Assembly: GCA_951406725.2 (NCBI GenBank)
Contig: OX597827.1
Coordinates: forward strand, 45,136,001 to 45,200,000
Direction: 5' to 3'
Length of the DNA: 64,000 nt
Origin: Octopus vulgaris
Lineage: Eukaryota
The notes beneath the pieces were generated by a model that searched no databases, had not been told where the DNA came from, and saw only the letters and a list, made by a program, of their open reading frames with translations. A program made the position numbers and the translations under genes. This document shows, in pieces, positions 57,135 through 64,000 of the stretch (its first letter is position 1; the number at the start of each line of letters is the position of its first letter).

Positions 57135-58345
57135 CGGCAAATTGGTAGAATCGTTTGAACGCTGGGCAACATGCTTAGCAGTATTTTTTCCGGCTTTACG
57201 TTTAGGGTTCGAATTCCAAAGAGGTCGAGTTCAACTTTCATGCCTCTCAGGGTCGATGAAACGAGTACCTATTTCTTTACTACCCACAAGGGGCTAAACA
57301 CAGAGGGGACAAACAAGGAAAGACAAACGGATTAAGCCGATTATATCGACCCCAGTGCGTAACTGGTACTTATTTAATCGACCCCGAAAGGATGAAAGGT
57401 AAAGTCGACCTCGGCGGAATTTGAACTCAGAACGTAACGGCAGACGAAATACCGCTAATCATTTCGCCCGGCGTGCTAACGTTTCTGCCAGCTCGCCGCC
57501 TTATATGAAACGAGTACCGATGAAACGAGTACCACTTCCCCACTGGGGCCATTGTAATTGACTCGCCCTTCCCACAAAGTTTCAGGCATTACGTCTATAG
57601 TAGAAGGAAGCTTTCTTCATATAAATTTGATTATTTCTAACATAGGTAGAAGGTCGCGATTTTATGAAAAATAAATAAGAAGCGGGCAAGGTTTAGTCGG
57701 TTAAATCGATCCAGTTCTTGGTTGTTACTTCGGAAAACAATGGATGACAACGTCGGGCTCTCGCACTTTTCGAACAAAGAATCTTAAAAGAGGATGTTAG
57801 CTAGGGACTGTCACAAAGAATTATTTGTCCGTGAAAGGGAAATATTGAGGGCAAGAATTTTTTTCTTTAAATGGAATTAAATTCTTTTTTTTCTCAGAAT
57901 CATAAAGGGGTTTTTCCAAAGCCAGCAAGTTCAGTGGAGGGGTGTGTCGGTCGATTACATCAACTGTCGTTCACAGCTGGTACTTATTTTATCGATTCCG
58001 AAAAGATGAAAAGCATAGTTAACCTCGACGGAATTGAACTCAGAACGTTAAAGACGGACGAAATGCCGCCTAGCGTTTTATCCGGCGTGCTAATGATTCT
58101 GTCAGCTCGTCACCTTCACGAACATTTTTATATTGGTTTCAAATTTTAGCACAAGGCCAGCAAGTTCAGAGAAGGGGGACAGTCGATTACATGCCCCACC
58201 TCCGTACTCAACTGGTACTTATTTCATCGACTCCGAAAGGATGAAAAGCAAAGTCGACTCCACTGAAATTTGAACTTAGAACGTTACAGACAGACGAGAT
58301 GCCGCCAAGAATTTTGTCCGGCGAGCTAACGATTGTACCAGTTCG
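57135..58345. mobile_element. SINE family B cluster (both orientations)
   Basis: Several young and old copies. Confidence 0.75.
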
Positions 58346-59159
58346 ACGCTTTGCTCTCCCAGCGATAATTAAATACTTCATATATTACTTATTTGAAACA
58401 TATGTTGTTTAGTATTAGCCTCTTCGTTGTTGCGTGGTTAAGAATACCACTACGTGCTAGCGAGTTCATTCTGCTCAACACAATCGTTAAACTACACTCA
58501 ACATATGAAGCTAGAATTCTTGAAATTAAGACTTTTACACTTCTTCCATTTTTATTTCCTGGATAAACATGATCTTAATTCTTTCAAATCGTACGTTCAT
58601 CGATTTATGATTCTTAGGGCAGCTATTCATTAGATTTTCTGACTTTTCTATTGTATGTTTCAACGTAATAAATGTTTTTTTTTCGCAGGTCTGTTCTGCT
58701 TCCTTAATGGGAAACACTTTAAATAAGAGACCAAAAAACAGAAAAAGGACATATATATGTGCGCGCGCGCGTGTGTAAGTAAACCAAACATACATACATA
58801 CACACATACATACATACATACATACATACATACATACACACATACTTATAGTCATACATACATACTCACATACAGACATACATACATACACACATACTTA
58901 CATAATACATACATACTCACATACATACACACATACAAACATACACACATACAAACATACATACACACATACTTACATAATACATACATACATACTCACA
59001 TGCATACATACTCACATGCAAACACACATACATACATATAACAAATAACAGAGGCGGAAAATGGAATATACGAGAAACTTTATTGCTCACGACAATCGTT
59101 TCGATCCCTCGAACGTACTTCAGCGGCTTACTATACTAGGAACATACCCAACACTTAAC

Positions 59160-59255
<96 letters not shown>

Positions 59256-60869
59256 CACACATATACATAGGACGCTGTACAAGGTGCCACGCAGTGGGAC
59301 TGAACCTGAAACCATGTGGTTGGTGAAGCAAACTTATTACAACACAACTATTTATTCATATCTAATATGTCCAGTTCCTCTAAAGATAAACAGAACGAAA
59401 CAATAATTTGGATCATTATGTAATTCCGTTTACCTTACATTTAAACAAACTGATACCGGACTGTAACTCAAACATTTGGTTCCACAGGGAATTTCCATTG
59501 TAAGTTCTGATGTTAGTTTTAACCATCACTGCTACGGTGGTGTCTGAGTATCCCTTTGTATAGTCTTGTTGTATTTATATTTCATAGTTTTTATCTTATT
59601 TTTTTATTTTATTTTCAGACCAGTATAGATTCAAAATTATCGATTAATGACTGGATCGAATGTGTTATTTGTACGCAAGAAAGGGATCTTTAAACAGAGA
59701 TGTTCCTGCCAAATTCAATGCTATCTCGATTGGCGTCCAAGACTATATTCACTCAGTGGTTGGAATATTTGCTCAGCCTATTCAAAGAATCTGAAACGGT
59801 GCTTGAACGACAACGTAATAGTAAGCAAAAACTGCAGCAAATGATTCCGAAATAGCTATAATGGTATCTGATCTTTCTGAGAACAGCCTGTGAATATCGA
59901 GCAGAAAAAACTGTCATTTGAAACAAATATATGATGTTCTGGCCAACAAATTTTTTTACTTATTTTATTTTCATATAAAGAAAAATGTCATTTCTGCCCA
60001 TAAAAACGTGCAGCATATATAAGAATTTCATGGTGATGAGATGATCTGACATAAAAATATTATGAATGGTTCACATCACAGCAACAAATTACAGTTTAAA
60101 GGAAGCTATATTTTCCCCTTGATGGCCTGATAACATCTATAGAGCACGTTTCTGGCCTACAAAAAACCCAAATTGACATGAAGAAGGGTATTTTACCGTA
60201 ACCTAAAAATTGTGGTTTAGGTTGGGATATTTTGTTGAAGGTTTGATCCTCATTTCTTTTGCAAGGGTAGCAGGCTTAACCTGCTGCCCTGTTTGACACT
60301 ACCACTTGGCTCTTGGATACTTTTAGTGGAGTCCATTCTGTTACAAGCATTCAGGTAAGATCTCTGGTTTGAGGATATCTTACTCCCTCCTTCCAACAGG
60401 TCACGTAGGACCTGTGAAGGACCCCAGGGACTGCTTTCTCTCCCGATTAAAAAAAAATTCTTTCTTATTTGTGAGATGACTTTCCTTCGTCAGAACGATG
60501 TAAAATTTGTCTTCAAAAAGACGGTCCACATAGCATTTTGCTATCAGTGTGAGGAATTACTTAAATTAAGCCTTTTTCTGAGAAATTAGGCCTATCTGAA
60601 TGATAACTTAGGTCTTAACATCTGACACCTCTTAATTATTTTCCCCTGTTGTGGTCATCCACGGTCAATATAATCTGAAAAAAAAAACTGACTTAGAACT
60701 TTCAATATACTAAAAGCTGGTAGTCAAGGCCATTTGCGATAAAATTAGTAGAGGCCTCCCAAAAAGGATCCACAGTTTTTGTATTCAACGGCGTCAAAAA
60801 TGGTTAGATGTCAAACGTCATCACTTTGAACATTTTTGCAATTAAGGACATTTTAAATTAATTTCAAAT

Positions 60870-61780
60870 TTTAACCCAAGGCCAGCAATTTGGAGGAAAG
60901 GAGGGAGGGGGTAAGTTGATTACATCGACTCCAGGGACCAACAGGTACGTCTTTCATCGACTCCGAAACGATGAAAGACGAAATTGACCTTGGCGGAATT
61001 TGAGCTCAGAAAGTAAAGACGGAAGAAATGCCGCTAACCATTTTGTCGAAGGTGCTACCGATTCTTTTCTACTCTAGGCATAAAGCCCGAAATTTTTGTG
61101 GTGGGGGCCAGACGATTAGATCGACCCCAGTACGCAACTGGTACTTAATTTATCGACCCCCCCCCGCGAAAGAATAAAAGGCAAAGTCGACCTTGGCGGA
61201 ATTTGAACTTAGAACGTAAAGACAGACGAAATACCTATTTCTTTACTGCCCATAAGGAGTTAAACATAGAGGGGACAAACAGGGACTGACAAAGGGATTA
61301 AGTCGATTACATCGACTCCAGTGCGTAACTGGTACTTAATTTATCGACCCCTAAAAGATGATAGGCAAAGTCGACCTCGGTGGAATTCGAACTCAGAGCG
61401 TAACGGCAGACGAAATACCGCTAAATATTTCGCCCGGCATGCTAACGATTCTGCCAGCTCGCCGCCTTACGAAAAGTTTATATTAGCTTCAAATTTTTAC
61501 ACAAGACCAGCAACTCAGAGGGGGTGGGTAACCAATTTCACTGACTCCAGTGCTCAACTAGTACTTATTCTATTGACCCCGAAAGGATGAAAAGCAAAGT
61601 CGACTTCGCAGAATTTGAATGTAAAGATGGACGGAATGCCGCTAAGCGTTTTGCTTCGCGTGGTAACAATTCTGTCAGCCCACCGCTTTCACAGTTATTT
61701 TATATTGAGTTCTTTTTCAATGAATCCAGATTTCTGAGCCGACTAGGATACATACATTCTTATAGATATGTGTGTGTATG

Positions 61781-61823
<43 letters not shown>

Positions 61824-62047
61824 TTTTATTCTTTTATTTGTTTCAGTCATTTGACTGGGACCATGCTGGAGCACCGCCTTTAGTCGAGCAAATCGACCCC
61901 AGGACTTATTATTTGTAAGCCTAGCACTTATTCTAATCGGTCTGTCTTGCCGAACCGCTAAGTGACGGGGACTTAAACACACCAGCATCGGTTGTCAAGC
62001 GATGTTGGAGGGTGGGGGGACAGACACAGACACACAGACACACAAAC

Positions 62048-62094
<47 letters not shown>

Positions 62095-62670
62095 TACGAT
62101 GGACATCTTTCAAGTTCCGGCTACCAAATCCACTCACAAGGTTATAGTAGAAGACACTTGCCCAAGGTGCCACTCAGTGGGACTGAACCCAGAACCATGA
62201 GGCTGGTAAGCAAGCTACTTAGCACACACCCACTCAAACACACTCATATATGTATTTGTATGCGTGTATCTATCTATTTATCTATCAACTGGTGCTTATT
62301 TTATCAACTCCGAAAGAATAAATGGTAAAGTTGACGTCAGGGGAATTTGAACCCAGAACGCAAAGCGACGAAATGCCACTAAACATTTCCCTCGGCGTCC
62401 TAACGATTCTGCCATCTCACCGCCTAATCACCAATCTAACAATAATAAGAATTCTTCCTAATTTTGGCACAAAATTGGCAATTTTGAGGTGGGGAAACAA
62501 GTCGATTACATCGAGCCTAGTGTTTGAGTGGTACTTTATTTTATCGATCCCGAAAGGATGAAAGGCAAAGGTTACTTCGACGGGATTTGAACCGATAACA
62601 CAAAGAGCTGGAAGTAACGCTGCTAAGCGTTTTGTTCGACGCTCTAACGATTCCGTCAGCTCGCAGCCTC
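60870..62670 (-). mobile_element. SINE family B cluster
   Basis: At least five copies, including a multimer at about 61120-61466. Confidence 0.75.
61830..62235 (-). mobile_element. SINE family A
   Basis: Reverse-complement match. Confidence 0.85.
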
Positions 62671-62827
62671 ATCCACAGTATCAACAGCAGCAGCAGCAGC
62701 AGCAACAACGACAACAACAACAACAACAACAACAGCAGCAGCAGCAACAACAACAACACTAATAACAACAACAACACTAATAACAGCAACAATAACAGTG
62801 TCAGCAACAATAACAACAACCACCACC

Positions 62828-62904
<77 letters not shown>

Positions 62905-63354
62905 ATTACATTATTAAAAACAACTTCATTAGCACGGTCGCCGTCATCAACAAGTAGTAGTGAACAGTACCAGCTCTCCCCCACCAGCACATCTCCTCCA
63001 CAGCCAACAGAAACAGGTAATTACTTTGAAGCCAGCCAATAGTTTTAATGTTAGCCTGTTTGAAAGCCGAGAACCACATTTGTACTGGGTACTTAAGTGG
63101 AGACGTTTGATATTACAATACACAACCTGAGTAGTATTGATTTCTAGCGTGTTTCTTTTGTTTGTTTGCATGTTTTCTTTGATTCTAGCTCCTCACTAGG
63201 TCGCAATGTAAAAAAACAAACAACAAAAAACAAAAGACAAACAATAAAAACAACGAAAAATCTCAGAAAAGAACAGTGTTTGTAGCTCGAGATGATGGTG
63301 ACTAGAGCAGAGAGCAATGTTTCATATCCGGTTCAGCGTCCGACCTCGCCACTG

Positions 63355-63950
63355 AGCTGGCATAACTGAGCTGTGCTTGTGTCACAAAGAGAATCGAGTT
63401 TGACAGCTTAATCTTATCACTGAGTAATGTGGAAACGAGTCTGGAACTAAGTAATGTGGAAACAAGTAATGTGGAAACTGAGTAATATGGAAACGAGTCT
63501 GGAACCAAGTAATGTGGAAACGAGTAATGTGGAAACTGAGTAATGTGGAAACGAGTCTGGAACCAAATAATGTGGAAACGAGTAATGTGGAAACTGAGTA
63601 ATGTGGAAACGAGTCTGGGACCGAGTCTCTGCTGTGTAACTTGACAGAAACTCAGACGACATACTCAGTCTGGTTTCATCATCGAGCAAGACATAGCTGA
63701 GTTGTGCTGAGTCACCGACAGAACGACACTCGACAGTCCGATCTTGTAATTGAGCAACGTGTAAACTGAGCCTGTGTGGTGTCGTTGATCGAAACACACT
63801 TACCAGTCAGATCTCATTAATGTGTCAGTAGTAACTGAGCTGTGCTGTGCGACTGAGGGAATGACATTTGACAATCCGATACCGTAACCGAACAACGTGT
63901 AACTGAGTGTGTGCTGAGCAACTGAAAGAAACACGACTTGATTGTTAAGT
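63355..63950. repeat. About 68-bp degenerate tandem repeat with an internal expansion of gagtaatgtggaaac / gagtctggaac subunits (63421-63620)
   Basis: ctgag..tgtg motif at about 63364, 63696, 63764, 63833, 63901. Confidence 0.7.
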
Positions 63951-64000
63951 GTTCACAAGACTCAACTCAAAATGGCTTTAATCTTAATTGTTGTGCAATG

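Noticed and set aside
59088-59130. Minus-strand CUGAAGU...GAAACGAUUGUC followed by AATAAA
   Set aside because: Helices I and II do not pair convincingly

Overview
AT-rich eukaryotic (animal) genomic DNA saturated with microsatellites and tRNA-derived SINEs; the SINE families and repeat load look like an Octopus (coleoid cephalopod) genome (inferred, not database-checked). Nearly all long ORFs in the track are microsatellite artefacts. Two real genes converge. (1) A + strand, four-exon gene (1714-1870, 10220-10435, 19815-20042, 23545-23867; 307 aa) encodes signal peptide + two ADEL/DUF3011-like lectin domains + linker + probable GPI signal; its exon 2 is absent from the ORF track. (2) The last coding exon of a cholecystokinin/sulfakinin-type GPCR lies on the - strand (52586-53157). 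The rest is mobile DNA: mariner/Tc1 elements and MITEs, a FLYWCH-MULE, a Helitron/Helentron fragment, RTE and other LINE fragments, and minisatellites. The most notable hidden signal is a set of type I hammerhead ribozyme motifs in Penelope-like remnants. Two have intact cores (17875-17946 minus, 52114-52171 plus) and share an unusual C.A pair at the base of helix II. One sits in a 555-bp tandem unit whose perfect 187-bp inverted copy begins at the predicted self-cleavage site.
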